A stretch of DNA of 64,000 nt from an uncultured Acidobacteriota bacterium (GCA_963827655.1 CAWHCF010000049.1:320001-384000), one strand, 5' to 3'; counted from the first letter of the stretch, positions 39,138 to 49,260 are shown. Made by a program: numbers and translations. The notes: generated by a model not told the origin, from the sequence alone.

Positions 39138-40397
39138 ATGCAATGGATTCCTCCGTTGAATCTATCTCCTGAATGGAGATTTGTACTCGCGTCCGCCCGA
39201 ACCGACATTCCTCTGCATGACCTGCAGATTGGTCTAGCTAGCCAGGATTTAGATTGGGATCGCGTGACAGAAATCTCATACCGGCATGGTATAGCGCCGC
39301 TGATCTATTACAACCTCAAGCGCCGCGAGGTTACCGGTGTCGTGACAAGCAGTGCGTTGAACAAATTGAAGGAATCCTATTACGGCAATGCAGCCAGAAA
39401 TGGACTTCTTTACCGTGAACTGCATAAGGTCCTGGGATCCCTCAAAGATGTGGGAATTGAGGTTATTGTGCTGAAGGGCGCAATGCTTGCGGAGACCGTA
39501 TATCCGAATCGAGCTCTAAGACCGATGAACGATATCGATCTTCTGGTCAGAAAGGAAGCTGTATCGAGAGCCGAGGATAAGCTCGCTGAGCTTGGCTACA
39601 GTTTGCGCGAAAGTCCCAGATCGAAAGAATGGTTTAAAGAATATCATCACCATTTACCTCTTGTCAGGTACGAGGCCGGTCCCCTCGAAATTCACTTGGA
39701 AGTTCATTGGGATATCCAAGGCCCAGGGAAACCGTTCAAGATAGGGATCGACAGAATTTGGAGCACAGCACTGCCGGTCACGATAGCCGGTGTTGAGTGC
39801 TCCGTGCTGTCCAGGGAGGACTTGCTACTGCATCTATGCCTCCATACCTGTCACCCCCACAAGTTGACCGGCGGGATAAGATCTCTTTGCGATATCGCCG
39901 AAACTATCCAGCGGTATGGTCGACAGATCGACTGGAATCAGTTACAGACTCGTTCGTCTCGATGGCGAATAAATCAATACGTTTACCTCACGCTGCGTCT
40001 CGCCAAGGAGCTATTGGGAGCGGAGGTTCCGGATCCCGTATTAGACTCTCTTGAGCCCCACGGCTTCGACCGCGGGCTGGTCCGGTGGGCAAAAGAAGAG
40101 ATTCTGGGAGACAAGGAAGCTTCCCCAATCTTTCCTGAGCTCGCGCAACTATGGAGCGGGCGCCGTATTAAAGACAGGTTGCAGATCCTGGTGAGGATAC
40201 TTTCCCCAAAATTAATCGCAAAGTATCAGGGAATTTCGCCGGCGTCAAAGAGAATCTATCTCCATTATCCGGCACGGCTCAAAACCCTTTTCTTGCGGTA
40301 TGGTCCGGTGCTGTGGGGCCTGGTTCGTTGCGATCGGAAACTAACAGCGGCAGCGGAGGGAAAAGCGCGATTGGCGGAGTGGCTGAATAAGTGCTGA
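39138..40397 (+). CDS. Nucleotidyltransferase family protein (NTP_transf_5-type, as in lasso/RRE clusters)
   Basis: DWD....HGIAPL, IVLKGAMLAETVYP...RPMNDIDLLV, LEVHW, LLHLCLH, LCDIAE. Confidence 0.88.
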   Translation: MQWIPPLNLSPEWRFVLASARTDIPLHDLQIGLASQDLDWDRVTEISYRHGIAPLIYYNLKRREVTGVVTSSALNKLKESYYGNAARNGLLYRELHKVLGSLKDVGIEVIVLKGAMLAETVYPNRALRPMNDIDLLVRKEAVSRAEDKLAELGYSLRESPRSKEWFKEYHHHLPLVRYEAGPLEIHLEVHWDIQGPGKPFKIGIDRIWSTALPVTIAGVECSVLSREDLLLHLCLHTCHPHKLTGGIRSLCDIAETIQRYGRQIDWNQLQTRSSRWRINQYVYLTLRLAKELLGAEVPDPVLDSLEPHGFDRGLVRWAKEEILGDKEASPIFPELAQLWSGRRIKDRLQILVRILSPKLIAKYQGISPASKRIYLHYPARLKTLFLRYGPVLWGLVRCDRKLTAAAEGKARLAEWLNKC

Positions 40398-40475
40398 CGT
40401 CAGGCGAAATTTGGATTCCTTACAGGCACTCTCGTTCGTTGAAAGCGTATCAAGAATTACCTGAAAGGAGTCATC

Positions 40476-40495
40476 GTGGCAAGTCGACTACGTGA
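40476..40495 (+). repeat. 20-bp direct repeat, copy A (GTGGCAAGTCGACTACGTGA)
   Basis: Exact match at 41859-41878. Confidence 0.85.
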
Positions 40496-40777
40496 GCCAG
40501 TTGACCGAGTCGAAGGATTCAGAGGCCGAACCCATCTACTTCTGTTTAGACGCCGAGAACGGATGATCTCGACCGTATTGTGCTTTGCGCCGTGACGGGT
40601 GGAGTGAGGCATTAATCGTCAGGTGTTGCACGAAGGAATCGGGCGTGAGGACGACGCTGAGGCGCAACGAAACTCGCGTGATATAGTGCGACAATCCGCA
40701 AAAGCTTGAAACACATCCTGGGCAAATTTTGACACAGCGAATGCACGTGAGCGTGTGTCAGGAAGGCACGGTGAGTC

Positions 40778-41795
40778 ATGAATACACAGAACAGTAACAC
40801 GATCGGTTTCAACAGATGGTTTGGGATGATGTGCGTGTGGGGAGTGGCGGCCCTGATTGCGCTGACCGCGACGTCTGCGGAGGCCGCGGGATTTAACGTC
40901 AATAGCGAGGTGACGTTCACTCCGCTCCCCTCGACATACACGACGACCACCAGCACGACCGGCTGTCCGGCAGCATTTTCCGGAAAGTTCACCTTTACCG
41001 CCCTGTTAACGAATAAGACCGGAAGCCCGGCGATGCCGGGTCTGACCGTCCGCGTCGTGACGCTCACCAACGGTAATCTGCTGCTGGACCCGCAAACCAA
41101 CGCCGTCCTAGGCGGAGAGGGCGCGGAGATGACAGTACCCAAGGTGGAGCAGTATGCCGACGGCCTGCTCAGTCCGGGCGAGTCGGTGAACGTCCCGTTC
41201 TCGGTGTGCTTAAAGACATTTCAACCGTTTCAGTTTTTCGTGGACGTGTTCGGTGTCGTGACCCGATTGGTCAGCATCAACCGGTTTGGAACCGGGTCCG
41301 GCAATGGCTCTTCGTTTGTCCGCCCAGCGGCGATCAGCGCGGACGGCCGTTTCGTGGCATTCGACAGCGCAGCGAGCGATTTGGTGGCAAACGATACCAA
41401 CGGCTACCGACGACGTGTTCGTGCGGGATCTGCAGCTGGGGACGACTACGTTGGTGAGCATCAACCGGTTTGGAACCGGGTCCGGCAATGGCTCCTCCTT
41501 CGCCTCCGTGATCAGCGCGGACGGCCGTTTCGTGGCGTTTCCAGCGCAGCGAGCGATTTGGTGGCAAACGATACCAACGGTATACCAACGACGTGTTCGT
41601 GCGGGATCTGCAGCTGGGGACGACTACGTTGGTGAGCATCAACCGGTTTGGAACCGGGTCCGGCAATGGCTCTCGGTTGGTCTCCGTGATCAGCGCGGAC
41701 GGCCGTTTCGTGGCATTCAGAGCGTTGCGAGCGATTTGGTGGCCAACGATACCAACGGTACCAGCGACCTGTTCGTGCGTCCTGTCGCGCCCTGA
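40778..41795 (+). CDS. Secreted protein: shared ~115-aa domain plus 3 TolB/PD40-like repeats (frameshifted)
   Basis: Signal peptide; domain ..GNLLL..LSPGESVNVPF..FQFFVDVFG; repeats ISADGRFVAF.S.ASDLVANDTNG..DVFVRDL. Confidence 0.75.
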
Positions 41796-41858
41796 GGAAG
41801 TGCGGAATTCAGGATCTTTCACAGGCGTTGCACAATCATTCACTGCCCCGACTTAGTG

Positions 41859-41878
41859 GTGGCAAGTCGACTACGTGA
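41859..41878 (+). repeat. 20-bp direct repeat, copy B
   Basis: Exact match at 40476-40495. Confidence 0.85.
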
Positions 41879-41942
41879 CGGATTTTAATATGAAATTACA
41901 ATGGCAGATTAAGGTCACGAAACTAATGGCGCGGAGGTAACC

Positions 41943-44649
41943 ATGGAAGAGGAAGAAGTTCGGTTATCACAAGCAGCACAGGAGAGCACAAAAACATGGC
42001 GGGAGCCGAAGCTGAAGTGGCAAACCAAGGCAGAAAACAGTTGCAAGAGGCCGTCCGGCAGAGCGCTGCGTGTGTCTCTGGTGGCCTTAATCGTCTCTCT
42101 GCTGGCTCTCGGACACTTTGCTGGGGCAGGGGCTCTAGGGGCCGATCGCCACTCCGCCGATGGTACCCAGGGCGTTTTCGTCTCGCAGCCATCAGATGCG
42201 CATAGCGACAAGGACAACATCCTAAAAAACAGTCCGGCAGAAGATCGGGAAGCTACATATTCCTTTTATCAAGAATCAGGGACAGACGGATTCAGAGGTC
42301 AGCTTCTATGCCCCTACCTTTGGCGGAACGGTTTTTGTCACACAGAAAGGCGCATTCGTGTATGCCCTGTCCCAGGGGAAGGGAAAGAGGCAACAGGGGA
42401 GTCGCTTTGCGGGAGGAGCTGGTAGGGGGAGCAGTGAAAGCAGTGCAGGGAGAGGGCAAGACGACTACCAAGCTGAACTACTTCAAGGGGAATAACCGAT
42501 CGAAGTGGACGAATCACATTCCCACATACGATTGTGTAAGTCTGGGAGAAGTGTATGCGGGGGTGGAAGTGAAGCTCAAGGCCTATGGGCACACGGCGGA
42601 AAAGCTCTTTTATGTGCGACCTGGAGCTCGGCCGGAGCAGATCGAGCTGCGGATGCGAGGCGGGAAGGGATTAAAGATCACCAAGCAGGGAGAACTGGAG
42701 GTCGAGACGGAGCTGGGGACAGTGACATTCTCCAAGCCTGTGGCCTATCAGGAAGAGGGAGGCAAGCAAGAGTTGGTGGCGGTGGCCTATGTAGTAAAGG
42801 GCAGTGAGTACGGTTTTAAGGTTGGCGAGTATGACAAGACAAAAGAGTTGGTGATCGATCCTATCCTGGCGGCCACCTTCCTGGGGGGGAGTGGTCTTGA
42901 CGCCATTAGTGACTTCGCCCTGGACAGCATGGGGAACGTCTATGTGGCGGGTGTCACAACCTCTCCACGACTTTCCCCACATCGGGACGGGCTCAGCCGA
43001 CAATACCTTTGCAGGCGGCACTGAAGCTTTTGTCGCCAAGCTCGATGCCACTCTCAGCACGCTCCTGGCGGCCACCTTCCTCGGGGGAGTGGCTTTTTTG
43101 GTGAGGAGGCTGGGGCCCTTGCCCTGGACAGCGTGGGGAATGTCGATGTGGCGGGTTCCACAGACTCCTCAGACTTTCCCGGGGTCGGGGCGGGCTCGGC
43201 CGACAGCACCCTTGTGGAGGGCAGTGACGTTTTTGTGGCGAAGCTCGATGCCAATCTCCGCACGCTCCTGGCGGCCACCTTCCTGGGGGGGAGTATTCAA
43301 GACTTCGCTGGTGCCCTCGCCCTGGACAGCATGGGGAATGTCTATGCGGCGGGTTTCACCGTTCCGTCGACTTTCCTGGGATCGGAGTGGGCTCGGCCGA
43401 CAGTACCTTTGCTGGAGCCTGGGAAGGCTTTTGTGGCGAAGCTCGATGCCAATCTCAGGACACTGCTGGCCGTCACCTTCCTGGGGGGGAGTGGTGTTGA
43501 CGCCATTAATGCCCTCACCCTGGACAGCATGGGGAATGTCTATGTGGCGGGTTGGACAGCCTCCTCAGACTTCCCCGGGGTCGGGGCGGGCTCGGCCGAC
43601 AGCACCTTTGCTGGAGGCAGTGAAGCCTTTGTGGCGAAGCTCGATGCCAATCTAAGCAGACTGCTGGCGGCCACCTTCCTGGGGGGGAGTGCTGTTAATA
43701 ATGAACAGGTTCATGCGGCCTCGCCTTGGACGGCACGGGGAATGTCTATGTGACGGGCTTCACAGAATCCGCCGACTTTCCTGGGGTCGGGGGGCGGTTC
43801 GGCCGACAGCACCTTTGCTGGAGGCAGTGAAGCCTTTGTGGCGAAGCTCGATGCCAATCTTAGCAGACTGTCTGGCGGCCACCTTCCTGGGGGGGAGTGG
43901 TGTTGACTCCGCTCTCTGCCCTCGCCTTGGACGGCACGGGGAATATCTATGTGACGGGTGGCACAGGATCCACCGACTTTCCTGGGGTCGGGGGCGGTTC
44001 GGCCGATAGTCACCTTTGCTGGAAGCAATGAAGCCTTTGTCGCCAAGCTCGATGCCAATCTCGGCACTCTGCGAGCGGCCACCTTCCTGGGGGGAGCAGT
44101 AGTGAAGGCGCCGGTGCCCTCGCCCTGGACAGCATGGGGAATGTCTATGTGGCGGGTTCCACGGAGTCCTCAGACTTCCCCGGGGTCGGGGCGGGCTCAG
44201 CTGACGTGACCATTGCCGGAGGCAATGAAGCCTTTGTCGCCAAACTCGACCCGAATCTCTCTCGTGATGTTCCACTACCGGTGTGTAAGCAACAGATTGT
44301 CAATGACCTGGTCACCTTTGTTGTGACACAAACCTCCTTGGACCCTACCCCCGGCCCTCGTGCGCCCGCTGGCAGGTATACGATTACCGCCAGGCTCACC
44401 AACGCCAGCACGAAGGACATCTTCCAACCTCTCAAAGTGAACGTCGTGACGCTGTCCAATGGGAATAGGCTCGTCAGCGCCACAGAGGGGAACGGAGGGC
44501 CCGGCAGCAAGCAGGGCATTAATGCTGGCGCTGATGATACCCTGACCGCCAATGAGTCAGTCCTAGTCCAGTTTGTTATCGGATTGGTCGAGAGGAGCCC
44601 CTTCAGTTTCTTTGTAAATGTAGAGGGATGTGTTCGCGCTGACCCCTAG
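41943..44649 (+). CDS. SBBP repeat protein, copy 3 (opposite strand; many frameshifts) with un-interrupted C-terminus VEGCVRADP
   Basis: GGAGG RBS, MEEEEVRLSQAAQESTKTWREPKLK, 7 SBBP repeats, C-domain in ORF 44134..44649. Confidence 0.8.
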
Positions 44650-44934
44650 TCGTCATTGGAAGGAAAGGAAGATCATGTACTGACTCAAAGTAACAGATGC
44701 GTCATTAAAAGATGCGAACTCCATGAGGCAGAATCGGTTTGAAGACAGATGTGGATGGTTGGCCAGACTCTCTCGAATTGGAGCCTCCAGCTTGTTCCAG
44801 TGTCCAGGCATCGATTCTTTGGTACAGCAGCGAACGCAACTCGAATCCTTTGGTGAAACGCATCATCTCGATTGTACGCGGCGAGTTGGGATCCAGGTGT
44901 CCCATAATAACGCCGATCAAAGGGAGAATTCTCT

Positions 44935-45480
44935 ATGAGCCTACTGTCATGCCGGTTGAGAAACGTAGTGACGCTGGTGGCTTTCTTTGGCGCCTTTGCG
45001 ACCGTTGGACTTGCCCGTGACTGGAGCTTGAATCTGAGACAGGGGAATCAAGATTCAGCAAGATTCACTCTAAAGGTTAAAGACGGGAGGGTGTCGATTG
45101 GGGCGAAAGACATCTCCGTCGCAGAAATCTTCAAGGACCTCAGTCAGCAGACCGGAATACCTATTGAAAATACGCTGAGAACTGAAGAAAGGATCACGAT
45201 CCAGTTTAGCGATTTGCCGATGGCGGAAGCGGTGGCGAGGCTGGCTAACGTATTGATCTTCTATGACAAGAATCCTGCCGATCCAACATCTCCGCGGATC
45301 GTCAAGATCGTAGTATCTGCGAAGGGGAAGGAAGTTTCGGCTACCGCCCTCAAGCCTGCCCCTGCCGCCGGTGCGGTTGGAGAACCTGAGAAGACTCCGG
45401 CACCCAAGCCTTTCGAGTTTGTCTTGGACCCGTCCAAGCCTTCACAGGCGCCCGAGAAGAAGACTCGCAAGGAGAACTAG
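44935..45480 (+). CDS. Exported protein with secretin/TonB N-terminal (STN/N0)-like domain
   Basis: Signal peptide; VSIGAKDISVAEIFKDLSQQTGIPI..ITIQFSDLPMAEAVARL pattern; Pro-rich tail. Confidence 0.6.
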   Translation: MSLLSCRLRNVVTLVAFFGAFATVGLARDWSLNLRQGNQDSARFTLKVKDGRVSIGAKDISVAEIFKDLSQQTGIPIENTLRTEERITIQFSDLPMAEAVARLANVLIFYDKNPADPTSPRIVKIVVSAKGKEVSATALKPAPAAGAVGEPEKTPAPKPFEFVLDPSKPSQAPEKKTRKEN

Positions 45481-45495
45481 TCTCCCGAACCTCAC

Positions 45496-45900
45496 ATGAG
45501 AAATTTTCTCTGGCTTGGCGTTGTCCTGGGGTTTGTCAGTATTCGGTTAGCTTCCGCAGGGGAGAAAGTCAGCCAAGGTGTTATTGAGGCTCTGCGGAGA
45601 GAAGGTGGAGCGAACGTAGTTGTCGCACTTGTAGAGCCTCTGTCCATGCGGGCGCCGCGGATTGATCTGCCCACACTGAGGAGCGAGATCGCGAGTATGC
45701 AGTCTCAGGTGTTGTCGACACTGGACCCTACGGATTACCGCGAGAGGCACAGGTATGAGACTATCCCCAGCTTGGCCATTTGGGTCGCGAAGGCGGGGCT
45801 TGCGAAGTTAATAGCGCATCCCAAAGTAGTGAGAATCGACCTGGATGTCGGCGGTACAGGGAAGCCTAGAAAAAGAAAGTGCGATAGGCACCGCAAATAG
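45496..45900 (+). CDS. Stand-alone S8 propeptide (I9-like) paralog of the next gene's N-terminus
   Basis: Aligns residue-for-residue with 45939 protein aa 1-121 up to IDLDVGGTG, then ends in a basic tail. Confidence 0.7.
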   Translation: MRNFLWLGVVLGFVSIRLASAGEKVSQGVIEALRREGGANVVVALVEPLSMRAPRIDLPTLRSEIASMQSQVLSTLDPTDYRERHRYETIPSLAIWVAKAGLAKLIAHPKVVRIDLDVGGTGKPRKRKCDRHRK

Positions 45901-45938
45901 GGGTCAATGGAGCTGAACGTCGTGCTGCGAGGTGGGTC

Positions 45939-47570
45939 ATGAAAAATTTACTATGGCTTGGGATTCTCCTGGGGTTTGTCGGTGTTCGATTAGCTTCCGC
46001 ACAGGAGAAAGTCGGTCAAGGCGTTATCGAGATTCTACAAAGAGAGGGTGGGGCGAACGTAGTCATCGCACTCGTGGAGCCTCCATCCATGCGGGCATCG
46101 CAGATTGATCTGCCCATCTTGAGGAGCGAGATTGCCAGTCTACAAGCTCAGGTGTTATCCACCTTATATGCTTCGGATTACCGTGAGAGACATAGATTCC
46201 GAGCTGTGCCCGCCTTGGCGGGCCGGGTAAGCAGGGCTGGACTTGCAGAACTTGTAGCAAATCCCAACGTGGTGAAAATCGACCTGGATGTTGGCGGTAC
46301 CGGGAGCCTAGCAAACAGTGTCCCGCTCATTCGTGCTGATGATTGGCACGCACTCGGAATCACGGGTAGGGGGGTGGTAGTGGCCGTACTTGATACGGGG
46401 ATTGATACGGATCATGTCGACCTAGCCGATGATCTTGTTCACCAAGAATGTTTTCTTGATTTCGACGGAGCAATTAACGGGGTAGGGCGCTGTCCCAACG
46501 GTAGTGATAGACAATCGGGAGACGGCGCGGCAGAAAGCGGACTAAACCACGGGGTGATGACGACAGGGATAATCACTTCACGAGGGACCGTGAGTTCAGT
46601 TGGCGTTGCACCGGATGCTAAAATCGTGTCGATTAAGGTCCTCGATAACACCCAACCTGCTGGCATATTCGCATTTTTCTCAGAGTTAGTAGCCGCGTTG
46701 GATTTCATTATCAACAATCGCCCCGATGTGAAAGTCATCAATATGAGCCTTGGGACGTTTGCTTTGTTCGCGGGTAACTGTGATAGCGCGACAGCCTTCA
46801 ACATGGCCGGCGCAGCTGCCATCAATACGTTACGGAAAAATGGGGTAATCGCCTTTGCGGCTTCAGGTAATAATGGATCAGGAACTCAGATGACGTCTCC
46901 TGCCTGTATCAGTAACGTGGTATCGGTGGGAGCTACGAATAATGTCGATAATGTAGCAGCTTTCACAAACAGTAATGCTTTTCTCGATCTTATGGCGCCC
47001 GGGGTTTATATCACATCTACGGCGTTGGCTAATGGAATCGCAACCGGGTCCGGAACGAGCTTCGCAAGTCCTCACGCGGCGGGTTGTGCCGCTCTGTTCG
47101 TTGATGCGGGGATAGCTGTAAGTCCTGCCCAGATTGAGGCGCGCCTAAAAGCATCGACGGTACGGATTACTGATCCGAAAAATGGTCTTGCATTTCCAAG
47201 GCTCGACTGCTTTGTTGGTGTGGAGATTGTTAACGACTTGGTCTCAGTGGCTCCATTAGTCACTTCCTCAAGTACTACTCCGGTTCCGAATGGTCCTGCT
47301 GGAATATTCGGTATTATAACAACCTTTACCAACACCAGTTCCACTTCTATACTGAATCCATTCTTTGGAGTTGTAGAACTCTCCGGTGGAAACTTGTTGC
47401 TCAATGCCGATAGTGGTCCAGGTGGAGTTGGAGCCACTTTGACTCCTAATGTAGGCGCTGATCGGATTTTATCACCGGGAGAATCTTTTAATGTGATTTT
47501 TATAGTTGGTCTTCAATCCAGTCAGCGTTTCACATTCTTTGTCAATCTGTCAGGAGTGCCAGATCCATAA
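45939..47570 (+). CDS. Secreted S8 (subtilisin-like) serine protease with shared C-terminal domain
   Basis: Triad motifs VAVLDTG, NHG, GTSFASPH; oxyanion AASGN; signal plus propeptide. Confidence 0.92.
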   Translation: MKNLLWLGILLGFVGVRLASAQEKVGQGVIEILQREGGANVVIALVEPPSMRASQIDLPILRSEIASLQAQVLSTLYASDYRERHRFRAVPALAGRVSRAGLAELVANPNVVKIDLDVGGTGSLANSVPLIRADDWHALGITGRGVVVAVLDTGIDTDHVDLADDLVHQECFLDFDGAINGVGRCPNGSDRQSGDGAAESGLNHGVMTTGIITSRGTVSSVGVAPDAKIVSIKVLDNTQPAGIFAFFSELVAALDFIINNRPDVKVINMSLGTFALFAGNCDSATAFNMAGAAAINTLRKNGVIAFAASGNNGSGTQMTSPACISNVVSVGATNNVDNVAAFTNSNAFLDLMAPGVYITSTALANGIATGSGTSFASPHAAGCAALFVDAGIAVSPAQIEARLKASTVRITDPKNGLAFPRLDCFVGVEIVNDLVSVAPLVTSSSTTPVPNGPAGIFGIITTFTNTSSTSILNPFFGVVELSGGNLLLNADSGPGGVGATLTPNVGADRILSPGESFNVIFIVGLQSSQRFTFFVNLSGVPDP

Positions 47571-47791
47571 CAGCCCGTGAAAGTTAATGAACTGGTAGGC
47601 CAACTCGACCGCGAGAGACTAGCAAAAGTAGAGAGGATCGCTCCCTGCCGCCGTAAACGTGCCGTTGTTATCGCTATCAGTCTCATTTCGACGCTCCTGG
47701 CGTAGTCATTCCCACGAGAAAAGAAATTCTCATTTTCCCTCACACAGCGGTCTGAGCTACGCTAGAGTCTTACAACCAATGGAGTCGGTCA

Positions 47792-48769
47792 ATGGCTCGC
47801 GATCCCTTCGTTTTTGTTGGCACGCTAGGCCAGGGAATCTTTCGCTCCGATGACGGCGGGCTTTCGTTCGTTCGCAAGAGTGTCGGGATGAACTTCGAAT
47901 GCGACGTGCGGGCTCTGGCGGTGCATCCCCAGAATCCGCGGCTGCTATATGCCGGAACCAACGAAGGGCTGTACCGCAGTGACGATGCCGGCGAGCATTG
48001 GGCCCGTCTCGATTCGCCCATGAATCACCTGGTCACGTGGTGTGTGCTGGTCGATCCGCGGCAGCCGGAGGTATTGTTTGCCGGAACACGACCGGCGCGT
48101 ATCTTCCGCTCGACAGACGCCGGTCGCAACTGGGTGCAGCTCGATGTCGCGATCGCCCAGCATTGCGACAACCTGGTCTACAATCGGGTGACCACACTGT
48201 TGCCCGATCCAAACGTCTTCGAAGGGTTGTGGGCCGGGATCGAGATTGATGGTATTTGGGGGAGCTCTGATCTCGGTGAAAGCTGGTCACGGCATAGTGC
48301 AGGGTTGTCTTCGCTCGATATCCATTCGATGGTAATCGTTCCGCGCGACGGGGCTTCACGACGCATCTTCGCATCGACGAACAACGACCTGAACCTGAGT
48401 ACCGATGAAGGCCGGATGTGGCGGCCGCAGAGTCTCCAGGCGAAGTTCGAACTGCCCTACTTTCGCGGAACCGCGCAGAAGTCCAATGACGCAAACGTCC
48501 TGCTTCTGGGCAACGGAGACGCGCCGCCAGGTCGCGTCGGGGCCCTGTGGCGATCCGGCGACGGCGGCATCACGTGGGACCAGGCACAGTTGCCGTGCGT
48601 GCCAAACAGCACGATCTGGGGGTTCGCGGTTCATCCCGCCGATCCTGACCGGATTTACACATACAGCGTCAGCGGCGAGCTGTACGGGTCGGTAGACGGC
48701 GGGATCGAATGGGAGAAGCTCCCGCGTGAGTTTGGCGAAATCCGGGCCGTCTTGTGGACTCCCGCTTGA
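47792..48769 (+). CDS. BNR/Asp-box repeat (WD40/YVTN-like) beta-propeller protein
   Basis: Repeated RSDDGG.SF / RSDDAGEHW / RSTDAGRNW / RSGDGGITW Asp-boxes. Confidence 0.85.
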   Translation: MARDPFVFVGTLGQGIFRSDDGGLSFVRKSVGMNFECDVRALAVHPQNPRLLYAGTNEGLYRSDDAGEHWARLDSPMNHLVTWCVLVDPRQPEVLFAGTRPARIFRSTDAGRNWVQLDVAIAQHCDNLVYNRVTTLLPDPNVFEGLWAGIEIDGIWGSSDLGESWSRHSAGLSSLDIHSMVIVPRDGASRRIFASTNNDLNLSTDEGRMWRPQSLQAKFELPYFRGTAQKSNDANVLLLGNGDAPPGRVGALWRSGDGGITWDQAQLPCVPNSTIWGFAVHPADPDRIYTYSVSGELYGSVDGGIEWEKLPREFGEIRAVLWTPA

Positions 48770-48789
48770 CCGTTTTGAGAACGAGCGAA

Positions 48790-49260
48790 TGAAAGTGAAA
48801 CCGAAAAACTCGGTTCCGTCCGAAAAGCGCTGGAGCAGGCCGACGGAAGCTACGACTGGAGCGCGCAGGTAGAAGTGCAGCGGCTGGCCGCTTCTGCCTG
48901 GGTGGCGCACGCGGAAGGAAACAACGAGGAGGCAGTCCGGCTGATGCGCTCGGCTGCTGAGCTGGAAGACACGACCGGGAAACATCCAGTCACGCCGGGA
49001 GCGGTCCTTCCCGCACGGGAGCTGTTGGGAGATCTCTTCCTCGAGCTCGACCAGCCGACGCGGGCATTGCCTGAATTTGAAACTGCGCTCCGCAATTTGC
49101 CGAAGCGGTTCAATGCGACCTACGGCGCTGCGCGCGCAGCCGAGCTGTCAGGCGACCGAAAAAGGCGAAAGAGCGTTACACGGAACTGATCGAACTTTGC
49201 GCCGATGCCGATTCTGCCAGGCTGGAACTGCAAAATGCGAGGGCATTCCTGCAGCGCTAA
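48790..49260 (+). pseudogene. C-terminal fragment of a TPR protein (5' part absent)
   Basis: QVEVQRLAASAWVAHAEG..KHPVTPGAVLPARELLGDLFLE..RFNATYGAARAAE..ELQNARAFLQR*; no full-length N-terminus. Confidence 0.6.

Noticed and set aside
35322-40397. Canonical lasso peptide cluster
   Set aside because: No asparagine-synthetase-like cyclase, and the core lacks the Asp/Glu needed for the macrolactam.
24925-44649. Diversity-generating retroelement behind the variable loops
   Set aside because: No reverse transcriptase in the window; loop differences include length changes and are not adenine-specific TR/VR pairs.
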